Assembly (NCBI GenBank): GCA_965224485.1
Contig: CBDCZH010000015.1
Coordinates: 384,001 to 448,000, forward strand
DNA: 64,000 nucleotides
Direction: 5' to 3'
Source: Arcobacteraceae bacterium
GTDB taxonomy: Bacteria > Campylobacterota > Campylobacteria > Campylobacterales > Arcobacteraceae
Shown: positions 42,208 through 53,767 of the stretch, piece after piece
Numbering within the stretch: position 1 is the first letter of the stretch
Layout: every line of letters begins with the position of its first letter
Notes under the pieces: generated by a model
Told to the model about the DNA's origin: nothing
The model's input: only the letters and a program-made list of their open reading frames with translations
Database searches by the model: none
Made by a program: the position numbers and the translations under genes

Positions 42208-43302
42208 TTGTATCAAAAAGAACTTCAATCTATAAAAAAAGCGAATTTATTTAGAAAGAGAAATTTATATGATGACTCTTTATTAGATTTAGCTTCAAAT
42301 GATTATTTGGGGCTTGCACAAAACAAAGAACTTTTTAAAAATGCTTATGAAAGAGTTCTTAAACTTAAGTATCACTCACCAAAAGCCTCAAGTCTAGTAA
42401 ATGGATACAGCATTATTCATCAAGAATTTGAAGAAAATTTAAAAAAAGCAAATAATTTTGAAGCAGCTATTGTTGTTGGAAGTGGTTTCTTAGCAAACTT
42501 ATCTTTAATTGAGACTCTTGTTAGAAAAGGTGATATTATATTTATTGATGAGTTTTATCATGCAAGTGGTATTTTAGCAAGTAGACTTCTGCAAGAAAAA
42601 CAAGTAATTATATTTAAACATAATGATGAAAAAGACTTAGAAGAGAAAATTATTTTACATAAAACAAATAAAAGAATCTTAATTGCTATTGAAGGTGTTT
42701 ATTCTATGCATGGAGATATTGCAAAAATAGATTTTTTTACACTTAGTGATAAGTATAATGCTATTTTAATAGTAGATGAAGCTCATAGTTCAGGAGTACT
42801 AGGTGATAATTTATTGGGTCTTTTTGATTATTATAATATAATACCTAAGGCAAATCATATAAAAATGGGTACTTTAGGTAAGGCTTATGGTTCATATGGA
42901 GCTTATATTTTAGCCTCAAAAGAAATTATTGAATTTTTAGAAAATAGAGCAAAAGCTATTATCTATACAACAGCACCTTCTTTGTTTGACATAAGTTTAG
43001 CAAATGAAGGCTTGAATTATATTTTAAGTAATAAAACTACTATTAAAAATAAAATAAAAAATAATTTAGCTGTGATAGAATGCGAGCTAAATATAATTTC
43101 CAAATCACTAATTATTGCATATGAAATATCTTGTAATAAAAAAGTTTTACAAATACAGCAGAACTTAAAAGAAGAAGGTTTTTTACTAGGAGCAATCAGA
43201 CAACCTACAGTAAAAAGTGCTATAATTAGACTTATTGCAAAAATAGATATAAGTGAAAAAGATTTGCGAAAAGCATGTAAATTATTAAAGGAATTAAAAT
43301 GA
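42208..43302 (+). CDS. bioF: 8-amino-7-oxononanoate synthase
   Basis: LASNDYLGL, EGVYSMHGD, DEAH, GTLGKAYG, IRQPTV. Confidence 0.9.
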   Translation: MYQKELQSIKKANLFRKRNLYDDSLLDLASNDYLGLAQNKELFKNAYERVLKLKYHSPKASSLVNGYSIIHQEFEENLKKANNFEAAIVVGSGFLANLSLIETLVRKGDIIFIDEFYHASGILASRLLQEKQVIIFKHNDEKDLEEKIILHKTNKRILIAIEGVYSMHGDIAKIDFFTLSDKYNAILIVDEAHSSGVLGDNLLGLFDYYNIIPKANHIKMGTLGKAYGSYGAYILASKEIIEFLENRAKAIIYTTAPSLFDISLANEGLNYILSNKTTIKNKIKNNLAVIECELNIISKSLIIAYEISCNKKVLQIQQNLKEEGFLLGAIRQPTVKSAIIRLIAKIDISEKDLRKACKLLKELK

Positions 43303-43535
43303 ATAAAATTTTAATATTAGTATTTTTAACTATTGGTTCTTATTCAAGTGACAATATAATAAATACTAAAAATTGTGAACAAATAAAATTATCAACATAT
43401 ACAACTTTAATCTCTTGTCAAAATATGGACTATCTAGTTGAATATCAAGACGTAAGAAGAGATGACGAAGATAATATTAAAAAAATAACTCTTATTACCC
43501 AAAAAGATCAAAAAATTCTAGTTAATAAAAAATAG
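43299..43535 (+). CDS. Small exported hypothetical protein
   Basis: ATGA overlap with bioF, signal-like N-terminus, two cysteines. Confidence 0.65.
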   Translation: MNKILILVFLTIGSYSSDNIINTKNCEQIKLSTYTTLISCQNMDYLVEYQDVRRDDEDNIKKITLITQKDQKILVNKK

Positions 43536-43538
43536 ATT

Positions 43539-44183
43539 ATGGGAATTAAAGAACTAATAAAAGGTAATAAAACCTTTATTGAAGAAAAACTACCACTAAT
43601 AAAAGATCAGGTTGAACAATTAGTTTTACATGGACAAAATCCAGAAGTTATGTTTATAGGATGCTCAGATAGCAGAGTAACACCAGATTTGATGTTAAGT
43701 ACAAAACCTGGTGATATGTTTATATTAAGAAATGTTGGTAACTTTGTACCACCTTTTAAACATGATGAAGATTATCACGGTTCAGCTGCTGCTATTGAAT
43801 ATGCTATTGCGGTTTTAGATGTAAAAGATATAATTGTATGTGGACATTCCCATTGTGGAGCTTGTGAAGCTTTATACAAAGATCTTCCAAATTCTGATTC
43901 CTTTGTTCATATTAAAACATGGTTACAATTAGGGCAGAAGGCAAAAATAAAAACTTTAGAAAATAAAAACTTTAAAACACAAGAAGAGATGTATAGAGCA
44001 ACAGAGAGAAACTCTATTCGACATCAATTAGATAATCTTCTAACTTATCCTGATGTTGTAAGAAAATTACAAGAAGGTACTCTTAGAATTCATGGTTGGT
44101 ATTATGATATAGAAACAGGTGAAATAGATTTTTATGAAAAAAAAACTGATTCATTTATGCCCTTAAGGAACTTAAAAATATGA
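43539..44183 (+). CDS. Beta-class carbonic anhydrase
   Basis: GCSDSRV, RNVGN, CGHSHCGA. Confidence 0.95.
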   Translation: MGIKELIKGNKTFIEEKLPLIKDQVEQLVLHGQNPEVMFIGCSDSRVTPDLMLSTKPGDMFILRNVGNFVPPFKHDEDYHGSAAAIEYAIAVLDVKDIIVCGHSHCGACEALYKDLPNSDSFVHIKTWLQLGQKAKIKTLENKNFKTQEEMYRATERNSIRHQLDNLLTYPDVVRKLQEGTLRIHGWYYDIETGEIDFYEKKTDSFMPLRNLKI

Positions 44184-44506
44184 GTAATATTCAAACAAGA
44201 AAACTACCAAAAAAAACAATTTATATAATATCTGCCTTAGTCATATTAGCTTTTATTATTATGTATACAGAAGCACATTTTAAAGAAAAAAAAGTTGAAG
44301 TATATTTAAATTATTTATCATATACAAATGTTTCAGATATAACTATTTTTCATAAATCAAAAGTTATGGATCCAAAAACAAAGAAAAATGCCCAGTTATA
44401 TAAAATAAAATTCATAGATTTAAATAAAAATAAAATATGTAAAGGTTTAATGCTAATTAACATAAAAAATCATGTTAAGTTAGACTTAGACTGTACAAAT
44501 AGGTAA
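44180..44506 (+). CDS. Hypothetical membrane-anchored protein
   Basis: Operonic overlap and an N-terminal TM segment. Confidence 0.65.
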   Translation: MSNIQTRKLPKKTIYIISALVILAFIIMYTEAHFKEKKVEVYLNYLSYTNVSDITIFHKSKVMDPKTKKNAQLYKIKFIDLNKNKICKGLMLINIKNHVKLDLDCTNR

Positions 44507-44509
44507 AAA

Positions 44510-45571
44510 ATGACACTTATAGAAAAACTAGAAAAAAAACAAAGATTATCGTATGAAGATGCAATAAAATTATACGATTTAGATATTTTTACCCTAGGTA
44601 AATATGCAAATGACATAAGAGAAGAAAAACATGGCAAAAAATCATACTTTAATATTAATAGGCATATTAATCCAACTAATATTTGTAAAGATGTCTGTCA
44701 TTTCTGTGCTTACTCTGCAAGTAGAAAAAACCCAAAACCATATACTTTAAAACATGAAGAAATTTTAGAAACTGTCAAAAACTCTATAAAAAATGGAATT
44801 AAAGAAGTGCATATAGTTTCAGCTCATAATCCAGATACAGGATTACAGTGGTACTTAGATATTTTTAGAAAAATCAAAGCTACTTATCCAAATATCCATG
44901 TAAAAGCTTTAACAGCAGCAGAAATTCACTTTCTATCACAAGAATACAAACTATCTTATGAAGATATAATTGATTTGATGATTAAAAATGGTGTTGATTC
45001 AATGCCAGGTGGTGGGGCTGAAATCTTTGATGAAAAGGTTAGAAAAAGAGTTTGTGGTGGAAAAGTAAAATCTCATGAATGGTTAGAAATACATAAGATT
45101 TGGCATAACAGAGGTAAACAAAGTAATGCCACTATGCTTTTTGGCCATATTGAAAAAAGAGAACATAGAATTGATCACATGATAAGACTTAGGAAATTAC
45201 AAGATGAAACAGGTGGTTTTAACTCTTTTATACCTTTAGTATATCAAAAAGAAAATAACTTCTTAAAAGTAAAAGATTTTTTAACAGGTCAAGAAATTTT
45301 AAAAACTATGAGTATTGCAAGAATTGTTCTTGATAATATATCTCATATAAAAGCTTATTGGGCTACTTCTACTATAAAACTAGCCCTTTTAGCCCAAGAG
45401 TTTGGGGCAAATGATTTAGATGGTACTATTGAGAGGGAAGCTATACAAAGTGCAGCAGGTGCGGATTCTGCAAATGGAATAAAAATTGATGAGTTCACTT
45501 CATTAATTAGAAACTCTGGTTTTATTCCAGTTGAGAGAGACTCTTTATATAATGAACTAAAGGTTTGGTAA
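44510..45571 (+). CDS. mqnE: Aminofutalosine synthase (radical SAM)
   Basis: NRHINPTNICKDVCHFCAY, MPGGGAEIF, HIKAYW. Confidence 0.92.
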   Translation: MTLIEKLEKKQRLSYEDAIKLYDLDIFTLGKYANDIREEKHGKKSYFNINRHINPTNICKDVCHFCAYSASRKNPKPYTLKHEEILETVKNSIKNGIKEVHIVSAHNPDTGLQWYLDIFRKIKATYPNIHVKALTAAEIHFLSQEYKLSYEDIIDLMIKNGVDSMPGGGAEIFDEKVRKRVCGGKVKSHEWLEIHKIWHNRGKQSNATMLFGHIEKREHRIDHMIRLRKLQDETGGFNSFIPLVYQKENNFLKVKDFLTGQEILKTMSIARIVLDNISHIKAYWATSTIKLALLAQEFGANDLDGTIEREAIQSAAGADSANGIKIDEFTSLIRNSGFIPVERDSLYNELKVW

Positions 45572-45597
45572 AAACTTTTAGTTTAGATATTTAAATC

Positions 45598-47178
45598 TTA
45601 ATTATTTTGATGAAACTGTAAGTTAAAGTCAACTTCTATTCCATCTTCACTTTTAATAAAAGATATTGGATAAGAAATATTTATTGAATATAATTCTTTA
45701 TTAAGATCTTCAACAAATTCAAAAAATTGCATTGGGTTTTGAACTACTATATTAATAGAATAATTATAAGTCATAATATTTGATTTAAATTTTGATTTAA
45801 AAGTAACTATAGAATCACTAGGGAAAATTGCCCTTAAATGTTCAGTTACTCTTTTAATTGGCATAAATTCATCTAAAATATATTTAGGCATTTTTTCATT
45901 TGAACCATATAAGTTCTCTAACATATCATTATTATATATAGTTGCTTCTAGAACAGTTGCTTTTTCATCTTTAAATTTAATATTTGAATATTTATAAATT
46001 TCTAAATATCTAGGTTGCATATGCTTCAAAAAAGCATCTTCTTTTAACATAGAGATAATCAACAATGAATTATCTTTCTTAACTTCTAGCTGTTTTAAAA
46101 CTACGCTATAAGGAATAGAATCAATAAAAGTTAGAATATGTTGTTCTATTACTCTATTTTTGTTTATATGGTTTGAAAGCTTATTTTCAAACTTTATTTC
46201 TTTTTTATTTTCAGAAGAACTTATAAGAGTTTTTTCTTCTTTTATAAACCTATTTATATCTTTTTGAAAAAATAGGTAAATTAAAAAAGCAAAACTTGCT
46301 AATAACAAAGCAATAATAATATTACTTAAATATGATGATTTTAATTTAACTCTTGCTTTTGTAAAACTTTTTAGAGAAACATTTTTATCTCTTGTTAAAT
46401 CATGAATTATTTCACTTAAAGAAATACTATGGTAAGAAACTTTAATCATCAACTCATCTTCAAACTTTTTCAACTGCTCATCATTTAATTGTTTTGCTGT
46501 ATATAAGATACTTATATGTTCAATAAATGTACCTGATTTTTTTTCATAATATTCTTTTAGAGCTTCTTTAATTGCTTTTAAAAGTTCTAAAAAATACAAT
46601 TCATCAAAAAGTTTTTGTCCAACTACTTCATTTGAAAAGAAATTAGAACCTTGAACCTCTTTAAAAGATGTCAAATCAATTACTTTATTATATGCAATTT
46701 CTCCATCTTTGTTTAAAATAAGCAGATAAGATTTTGAATCAATAGTTAAAACACTAATATGATTTGAGCTTGGATTTTGTTCAAAATGATAATTTAAAAC
46801 TTGAAAAGGTGAGAATATATAATCAATACCTGTTTTTTCAAAATAGTGCTTATGTTCAAAAAGTTTTTCTTTATTTACAACAATATCTTGTTTTTGGTTT
46901 AAATAAGATTTATTATAATTATTAAGTCTTCTTGCTTCACTCTTACTTACAATTTTTTCTGAATTATCTAAAATAAGAGAAGAAATATACGTATCATTAA
47001 CATCTTTTTGCCATTGATTTAATTTAAAAGCTAAATTTGATGACATTATTTCATCTTTACTTATAAAATTAGAATGATTCATTATTTCAAGTTCATTATT
47101 ACGAAACTTTTTATAATCAATTTTTAACTGAGTATTATATTTAATAGCACTTATATATTGGATATCCTTATTAAACAT
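45598..47178 (-). CDS. Hypothetical protein with central TM segment
   Basis: 526-aa ORF in the operon after the DUF374 gene. Confidence 0.75.
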   Translation of the reverse strand: MFNKDIQYISAIKYNTQLKIDYKKFRNNELEIMNHSNFISKDEIMSSNLAFKLNQWQKDVNDTYISSLILDNSEKIVSKSEARRLNNYNKSYLNQKQDIVVNKEKLFEHKHYFEKTGIDYIFSPFQVLNYHFEQNPSSNHISVLTIDSKSYLLILNKDGEIAYNKVIDLTSFKEVQGSNFFSNEVVGQKLFDELYFLELLKAIKEALKEYYEKKSGTFIEHISILYTAKQLNDEQLKKFEDELMIKVSYHSISLSEIIHDLTRDKNVSLKSFTKARVKLKSSYLSNIIIALLLASFAFLIYLFFQKDINRFIKEEKTLISSSENKKEIKFENKLSNHINKNRVIEQHILTFIDSIPYSVVLKQLEVKKDNSLLIISMLKEDAFLKHMQPRYLEIYKYSNIKFKDEKATVLEATIYNNDMLENLYGSNEKMPKYILDEFMPIKRVTEHLRAIFPSDSIVTFKSKFKSNIMTYNYSINIVVQNPMQFFEFVEDLNKELYSINISYPISFIKSEDGIEVDFNLQFHQNN

Positions 47179-47189
47179 AAAACTCTTCC

Positions 47190-47816
47190 TTATTTCATTG
47201 CATTTTTAAGTAATTGGTCTTTTATCAAATCTTTTGCTTCATCTTGGTTTAAATTTTCTAAAGAAAAAGCGTCTGAAATATAAAAACTAATTGTACCAAA
47301 AGGTTTTGGAATAATAAACTTATCCCAAGAATTTATTTGCCAATAAGAACTAGGATGTGAATTTAAAGCAATAATTCTTGTTTTTGTTTTCTGTGAGATT
47401 GCAACTAAACCATCAGCAACAGAAAATCTAGGACCTCTTGGACCATCAGGAGTAATAGCAATATCAACCCCATTTTTAATCTCTTTTAAAGCAGCTCGCA
47501 AAACCCTAACAGCTCCTTTTGAAGAGCTACCTTGAATATCATAAACACCTAAATAATTACATACTTTTCTTATAATTATTCCATCTTTATGTTCACTTAC
47601 AATAACTTTAATTTTGCCATTTTTTCTAAATTCTCTGTAGTTTAGGGGTTGCATTAATAAATCGCCATGCCACATAGCTATTAGCAAGGTTTCATCAGAA
47701 GAAATATTTTTTGGGTAATAAAATTTCTTTTTGGAAGTAAAATATATAAAACGAACAATATATTGCAAAATAAAAGGCAAAATATTTGTCATTAAATATA
47801 TTTTTATTTTTTTCAT
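47190..47816 (-). CDS. DUF374 lipid acyltransferase (LpxJ-like)
   Basis: MWHG, SEHKDG, ITPDGPRGP, SWDKFIIPKPF. Confidence 0.85.
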   Translation of the reverse strand: MKKIKIYLMTNILPFILQYIVRFIYFTSKKKFYYPKNISSDETLLIAMWHGDLLMQPLNYREFRKNGKIKVIVSEHKDGIIIRKVCNYLGVYDIQGSSSKGAVRVLRAALKEIKNGVDIAITPDGPRGPRFSVADGLVAISQKTKTRIIALNSHPSSYWQINSWDKFIIPKPFGTISFYISDAFSLENLNQDEAKDLIKDQLLKNAMK

Positions 47817-49133
47817 TTATTTAAGTATTTCACCTTTTAATGATGTTCTTGAGGCTGATGTTATTTTAATATCAACAAACTTACCTAATAACTCATCACT
47901 ACCATTAACATAAACTTGAATCCAATTATCAGTAAAACCAGAAATTTCACCATTTGGTTTTAAACTTTCAAATAAAACATTCATAGTTTTTCCAACATTT
48001 TTTTGTAAAAGTTCACTTTGATGAAGTTTATGCAACTCTATAACTTCTGTTAATCTTTTACTTGCTATTTTATCATCAACTTCTAACTCTTTAAGATTTA
48101 GAGCTGCTGTTTCTGGTCTTGGTGAATATTTAAAGTTAAAAATTTGATCAAATTTAACTTCATTTATTACATCAATAGTATCATTAAAATCTTCATCGCT
48201 CTCACCTGGAAAAGCAACAATTATATCAGTTGTTATTCTAACATTAGGCACTTTATTTTTAATTTTTGCAACTCTGTTTAAAAAGCCTTGTTTAGTATAA
48301 CCTCTCTTCATAAGTTTTAAAATATGTGATGAACCACTTTGTAAAGGCATATGAATACATTTTGAGATTTTATCATTTTTTGAAAACTCTTCAATAAATT
48401 CATCATCCATATGTAAAGGGTGAGGAGAAGTAAATCTAATTCTTTTTAAACCTTCTATTTTTGAAATATCTTGTAAAAGTTTTGTAAAAGTACCTTTAGC
48501 TCGCCCGTCTGAAAATCTTCTTCCATAAGAGTTTACATTTTGCCCTAAAAGCATAACTTCAACAGCGCCTTTGTCAACATCTTTTTGTATTTGTGTAATA
48601 ATCATTTCAGGTGGAATAGAGATTTCATCACCTCTTGTTGCAGGGACGATACAATAAGTACACTCTTTATCACAACCAATTGAAATATTAACTGCTGTTT
48701 TATATAAAGTGTTCTCAGCTCTTGCAAAAGAGTAAGTAGAATCATCATTATCAATGTCAATTTCTACTGCACCTTTAATATCAACTACATCTTTTATTTT
48801 TGATATATTTCTAGCACCAACTACAAAATCAACAGAAGGAGCTCTTTTAATTATATCCTTACCTAAATGAGAAGCAGTACAACCACAAACACCAATTTTA
48901 GCGCCTGCTTTCTTTTTTTTGTTAAACTGCCCAATTTCAGAAAACAACTTAGAAACTGGCTTTTCTCTTACTGAACAGGTATTTATAATAATAAGATCTG
49001 CATCTTCCATCTTATCAGTTGAAATATAGTTTTTATGTTTTTTTAATTCTGCTTTTATATGCTCGCTATCAGCATCATTCATCTGACAACCAAGTGTTTG
49101 TATATATAGTTTTTTACTTTGCTCTTTACTCAT
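47817..49133 (-). CDS. miaB: tRNA-2-methylthio-N6-dimethylallyladenosine synthase
   Basis: TLGCQMN, NTCSVRE, GCDKECTYCIVP, C-terminal TRAM domain. Confidence 0.97.
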   Translation of the reverse strand: MSKEQSKKLYIQTLGCQMNDADSEHIKAELKKHKNYISTDKMEDADLIIINTCSVREKPVSKLFSEIGQFNKKKKAGAKIGVCGCTASHLGKDIIKRAPSVDFVVGARNISKIKDVVDIKGAVEIDIDNDDSTYSFARAENTLYKTAVNISIGCDKECTYCIVPATRGDEISIPPEMIITQIQKDVDKGAVEVMLLGQNVNSYGRRFSDGRAKGTFTKLLQDISKIEGLKRIRFTSPHPLHMDDEFIEEFSKNDKISKCIHMPLQSGSSHILKLMKRGYTKQGFLNRVAKIKNKVPNVRITTDIIVAFPGESDEDFNDTIDVINEVKFDQIFNFKYSPRPETAALNLKELEVDDKIASKRLTEVIELHKLHQSELLQKNVGKTMNVLFESLKPNGEISGFTDNWIQVYVNGSDELLGKFVDIKITSASRTSLKGEILK

Positions 49134-49142
49134 ATGTGCTTC

Positions 49143-49385
49143 TTATAAAGAATGGACCTCATATAAATACTCTTCATCACCAAGACCATATTTAACTTCT
49201 CTAAAGTATACGTTGTAACCATCTTCTTCTAAGGCATCAACTAAACTCATCATATCTTTATGTGAGTTATCTCTATCAAAATAACTTATTTTTTGTTTAG
49301 CTTCATTAAGCTCTTCTTTTATCTTACTTAGTTTTATTTTTTTTGGTTTTTCTTTTAATTCATTTCTTGCAATTAATAATTCCAT
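49143..49385 (-). CDS. HP0268-family nuclease
   Basis: MELLIAR, YFDRDN, FREVKYGL; conserved position upstream of miaB. Confidence 0.85.
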   Translation of the reverse strand: MELLIARNELKEKPKKIKLSKIKEELNEAKQKISYFDRDNSHKDMMSLVDALEEDGYNVYFREVKYGLGDEEYLYEVHSL

Positions 49386-49514
49386 TTTATATAAACCTTT
49401 CTCTATTTTAAATTAGCCTAAGATAATAGCTAAAATTGTCTTTAATGTATATAAAAGAACTTTTTGATATAATAATTATCTAAGCGTCACATTGAAATCA
49501 AAAATTACAATTCA

Positions 49515-50708
49515 ATGTTAAAAAAGAGGAAACACATGGATAAAATAATAGATATTTTAGACTCAATTGCATATGAAAAAGGTTTAAAAATTGAAGATGT
49601 TGAAGTTGCATTAAAAGAGTCATTAATAGCAACTGCTAAAAAAATGGTAGATTTTTCTTTAGTATTTGATGCAGGAATTGATAGAGAAAATAAAAAACTT
49701 GTACTATTTCAAAAAGTAGAAGTAGTACAAAATGATGATAAAAGATTCTCAGGGGAAGAAGTAGATAGTTATGACAATATTATAAACCCTGAAAACTTTC
49801 TTAAAATTGATGATGCAAAAGAGATTGATGATGATTTAGAAGTTGGGGATTTTGTTGATTATGATTTAGAGTTTGAAAACATGGGACGAAATGCTGCTAC
49901 TATTTTACATACTAATTTTGAATATAAATTACAAAGATTTATTGAAGTAAATCTTGTAAGTAAATATAAAAATAAAATTGGGAAAATCATTAACGGAACT
50001 GTAACAAGAGTTGATAGTGCTGAAAATACTTTTGTTGAAATCGGTGAAGTAAAAGGTATGTTACCAAGAAAAAGCAGAATTAAAGGTGAATCTTTTAAAA
50101 TCGGAGATACATTAAAATCTGTTGTAAAAGCTGTAAATATTGATAAAATAAATGGCTTAGTAATTGAGTTATCAAGAACTTCTCCTAGATTTTTAGAATC
50201 ACTATTAGCTCTTGAAGTTCCTGAACTTAAAGATGAAAGAATTTCAATAGAAGCAAGTGCAAGAATTCCAGGAAGTAGAGCAAAAATTGCTTTATTATCA
50301 AGTGATCCTCAAATAGATCCTATTGGTGCAGTTGTTGGAGTTAAAGGTGTTAGAATTATGGCAGTATCTCAACAACTTCATGGTGAAAACATTGATTGTG
50401 TTGAATTTTCAACAATTCCTGAAATGTTCGTAGCACGTGCTTTATCTCCTGCTATTATTCAAAGTGTTAAGATTGAGAGAACATTAAGAGAAGATGTAAA
50501 AGACAAGGCAATTGTAACAATTCCAAGTGACCAAAAATCAAAAGCAATTGGTAAATCAGGTTTAAATATAAGACTTGCTTCAATGCTTACTAAATTTGAC
50601 ATTGAATTAGTTGAAGTTGAAGGTATTGCTACATCTGATAATATGACAGGGGAAGAACCCAAAGATAAAACAAAAGATACATCAACTTTAGAGGCTTTAT
50701 TTAAATAA
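49515..50708 (+). CDS. nusA: Transcription termination/antitermination factor NusA
   Basis: S1 and KH domains, ARIPGSRAK, AIGKSGLNIRLA. Start is probably 49536. Confidence 0.97.
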   Translation: MLKKRKHMDKIIDILDSIAYEKGLKIEDVEVALKESLIATAKKMVDFSLVFDAGIDRENKKLVLFQKVEVVQNDDKRFSGEEVDSYDNIINPENFLKIDDAKEIDDDLEVGDFVDYDLEFENMGRNAATILHTNFEYKLQRFIEVNLVSKYKNKIGKIINGTVTRVDSAENTFVEIGEVKGMLPRKSRIKGESFKIGDTLKSVVKAVNIDKINGLVIELSRTSPRFLESLLALEVPELKDERISIEASARIPGSRAKIALLSSDPQIDPIGAVVGVKGVRIMAVSQQLHGENIDCVEFSTIPEMFVARALSPAIIQSVKIERTLREDVKDKAIVTIPSDQKSKAIGKSGLNIRLASMLTKFDIELVEVEGIATSDNMTGEEPKDKTKDTSTLEALFK

Positions 50709-52108
50709 TGAGTATTTTTCTTTATGATTCAGTAAAAAAGCAAAAAGTAGAATTTATACCCATTAAAAAAAATGAGGTAAAAATTTACGTTTGTGGGCCT
50801 ACGGTGTATGATGATTCACACCTAGGTCACGCAAGATCTGCTATTGCTTTTGATATGTTACATAGAGTTTTAAAACAAAACTCTTATTTAGTAACAATGA
50901 GCAAAAACTTTACTGACATTGATGATAAGATTATAAAAAAAATGTACGAAACTTCAAGTACTTTAGAAGAACTTACAAATAAATATATACACAAATACAA
51001 AGCTGATATGCAATCTTTAAATGTACTTCCTAATAATCTTGAACCAAAAGCTACTAATAATCTTGAAGAAATGAAAGATATGATAAATGATTTATTAGAA
51101 AAAGACATAGCTTATAGAATTTCAAATGGGGTATATTTTGATACTTCAAAAGATAAAGAATATGGAAGTTTATCTCATAAAATAAATGATGAAAATGCCC
51201 AAGCTAGAGTTGAAGCAAATAAAGAAAAAAGAAATCAAGCTGATTTTGTATTATGGAAATTTCAGAAAAAAGATGATGTAGTTTTTGAAGCTAATTTTGG
51301 AAATGGAAGACCAGGTTGGCATATAGAATGCTCAGCTATGATTGATAAACATTTAGCTTATAAAGATGAAGATTATCAAATAGACATTCATGGTGGTGGG
51401 GCTGATTTACTCTTTCCTCACCATGAAAATGAAGCTGCTCAAACTAGATGTTCAAAAAAACAGCATTTAGCTAAATATTGGATGCATAACGCTTTTGTAA
51501 ATATTAATGGTGAAAAAATGAGTAAATCTTTAGGAAACTCTTTTTTCCTAAAAGATATACTAAAGTCCTATTCAGGTGAAGTAGTTAGGTTTTATTTATT
51601 AACAGCTCATTATAGAACTAATTTTAACTTCAATGAAGAAGATTTAATTTCTTCTAAAAAAAGATTAGACAAATTTTATAGACTTAAAAAAAGAGTTTAT
51701 AATAATGCAAGCTCACAAGAAAATAAAGAATTCAAAAACAAAATGTTAGAAGCTTTAAATGATGATATCAATACACCAAAAGCATTTGCTTTAATTGATG
51801 AGTTAATATCAAATGCAAATGATAAACTTGATGCTAATCCTAAAGATAAAAACTTCAAAAAAGAACTTACTTCTAATATGACTTTTATTAATGATATTTT
51901 AGGAATAGGACAAAATGATGCTTATTCATATTTTCAATTTGGAATTAATGAAGAAACAAAAGAAAAGATTACTTCGCTATTAGAAAAAAGAACTTTAGCT
52001 AAAAAAGAGAAGAACTTTGAACTATCGGATAAGATTAGAGATGAATTAAAACATATGAATATCTCGATTATGGACACACCAAGCGGTGTAGTTTGGGAAA
52101 AACTTTAA
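50708..52108 (+). CDS. cysS: Cysteine-tRNA ligase
   Basis: CGPTVY, HLGH, GRPGWHIECS, KMSKS. Confidence 0.98.
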   Translation: MSIFLYDSVKKQKVEFIPIKKNEVKIYVCGPTVYDDSHLGHARSAIAFDMLHRVLKQNSYLVTMSKNFTDIDDKIIKKMYETSSTLEELTNKYIHKYKADMQSLNVLPNNLEPKATNNLEEMKDMINDLLEKDIAYRISNGVYFDTSKDKEYGSLSHKINDENAQARVEANKEKRNQADFVLWKFQKKDDVVFEANFGNGRPGWHIECSAMIDKHLAYKDEDYQIDIHGGGADLLFPHHENEAAQTRCSKKQHLAKYWMHNAFVNINGEKMSKSLGNSFFLKDILKSYSGEVVRFYLLTAHYRTNFNFNEEDLISSKKRLDKFYRLKKRVYNNASSQENKEFKNKMLEALNDDINTPKAFALIDELISNANDKLDANPKDKNFKKELTSNMTFINDILGIGQNDAYSYFQFGINEETKEKITSLLEKRTLAKKEKNFELSDKIRDELKHMNISIMDTPSGVVWEKL

Positions 52109-52134
52109 ATAAAGTAGAACTTACTACTTTATTT
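52107..52134. terminator. Bidirectional terminator
   Basis: AAATAAAGTAG...CTACTTTATTT. Confidence 0.7.
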
Positions 52135-52140
52135 CTTTTT

Positions 52141-53371
52141 CTAATTTTTATAGCTCTTATATATGTTTTTATAAGTTACAAATGTTATTACTACTATTAG
52201 AGCTAAACTTACAAAAACAATAAAAAATGATTTTGAAGAACTTAAATTTAAAATACTAGCTAAATAACTTGCACCCATTGATGATATAGTAAAATTAATT
52301 GCTGAGAATAAACCAGAAGCTTGACCCGCATTAACTTTAAAATCTTTTAGGGCATAAGCAGGACAAGCACTAACAAAAACAGTACAAGCAAGGGCATTTA
52401 TAGCCATAGGAGCTATAAATGTTAACCAAGTATCATATGAGCTTAAAAGAAGACCAAGACTGCCTCCAAGGAAATAACAAAGCACTGCAAAAGTAAGTAT
52501 TTTTTTAATTCCAAATTTTTCTACAAATATTGGAACAATAAAACTTCCTATCATAAATATAAAAGCAATTGACATAAAAATATATCCAAAATAAATTTTA
52601 GACAGATGTAGATGTCCTATTAAATATAAAGGAGATACTGTTATATAAAACATAATTCCTAAAAACCCAATAATAGAGAAAAAAAGATAAATAATGAAGT
52701 TTTGATTTTTTAATATATTCACATATGATTCAAAAAAATTTTCTTTATGCAAAACTTTATCTTTTTTAGTTTTAACTAGAGTTTCACTTGTTAAAATAAA
52801 AGTCCATAAAATACTAAAAAGTCCTACAAAGGTAAATACTAAAAAAAGATATTGCCAAGAATTGTTTTGTAATAATAAAGCGCCTATTAATGGAGCAGAA
52901 ATGGGAATAATTGCTAAAAAAACCATTTAAATAACTATATGCACGAGTCAGTTTATTTCCATCAAAAGTATCTCTGATTATGGCAAAAACTGCTGTAAAA
53001 CAAGCACTTCCCCCTAAGCTTTGTAGACTTCTATATAATAAAAACAGATCTGCATCATCACTTTTTACATAAGAAATTAAAAAGGAAAATATTGTAAAAA
53101 ATATTAGTCCTAATAAGGCAACTTTTCTTCGTCCGATAATATCTGCAAGCTTTCCCCAAATTAATTGTCCAAGTCCCCAAAATAATAAGTATAAAGAAAT
53201 AGCAAATTTTTCTATATCATTATTTCCAAAATATAACTGAATATCTTTTAGCGCTGGTAAAAACAAATCAACACCAAGAGGTAATAATGTAAATAATGGT
53301 AAGCTAAACAAAAGTGTAAAAAAAATAGATTCACTGCTTTTGTGTTTTAATATTTTATGTATATGTTTCAT
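52141..53371 (-). CDS. Bcr/CflA-family MFS efflux transporter; frameshift in the A-run at about 52916-52922
   Basis: DLFLPAL, GKLADIIGRR and IRDTF in the first ORF; APLIG..W in the second. Confidence 0.85.
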
Positions 53372-53436
53372 TGATTTCCAAGTAGTTTTATAAAGTATAG
53401 TGTATAACTATGCAACGAAGCCTAGATTTTTAAATT

Positions 53437-53472
53437 AAAAAAGGGAAAGAACCTAAGTTCTTCCCCTTTTTT
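53437..53472 (-). terminator. Terminator of rpsF-ssb-rpsR
   Basis: AAAAAAGGGAAAGAAC-CTAA-GTTCTTCCCCTTTTTT. Confidence 0.85.
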
Positions 53473-53489
53473 ATATAAACTAACTAGTT

Positions 53490-53750
53490 CTAGTATTTAG
53501 AGTAAGCAGCTTCTGTAACATTTTGAGTATTAACAATATATGGAACTAATGCCATATGTCTAGCTCTTTTGATTGCAGTTTCTACCATCTCTTGAGAATT
53601 CTTAGAGTTACCTGTAAGTCTTCGAGGCATAATTTTTCCTCTTTCACTCATAGACATTCTTAATAAATCAATGTTTTTGTAATCAATAAATCCAATTTTC
53701 ATTGCAGAATATTTACAATATTTCTTTCCGTATTTTCTTCTTTCAGCCAT
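53490..53750 (-). CDS. rpsR: 30S ribosomal protein S18
   Basis: [24 protein letters not shown]. Confidence 0.98.
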   Translation of the reverse strand: MAERRKYGKKYCKYSAMKIGFIDYKNIDLLRMSMSERGKIMPRRLTGNSKNSQEMVETAIKRARHMALVPYIVNTQNVTEAAYSKY

Positions 53751-53767
53751 CTTATTTTCCTTAAACC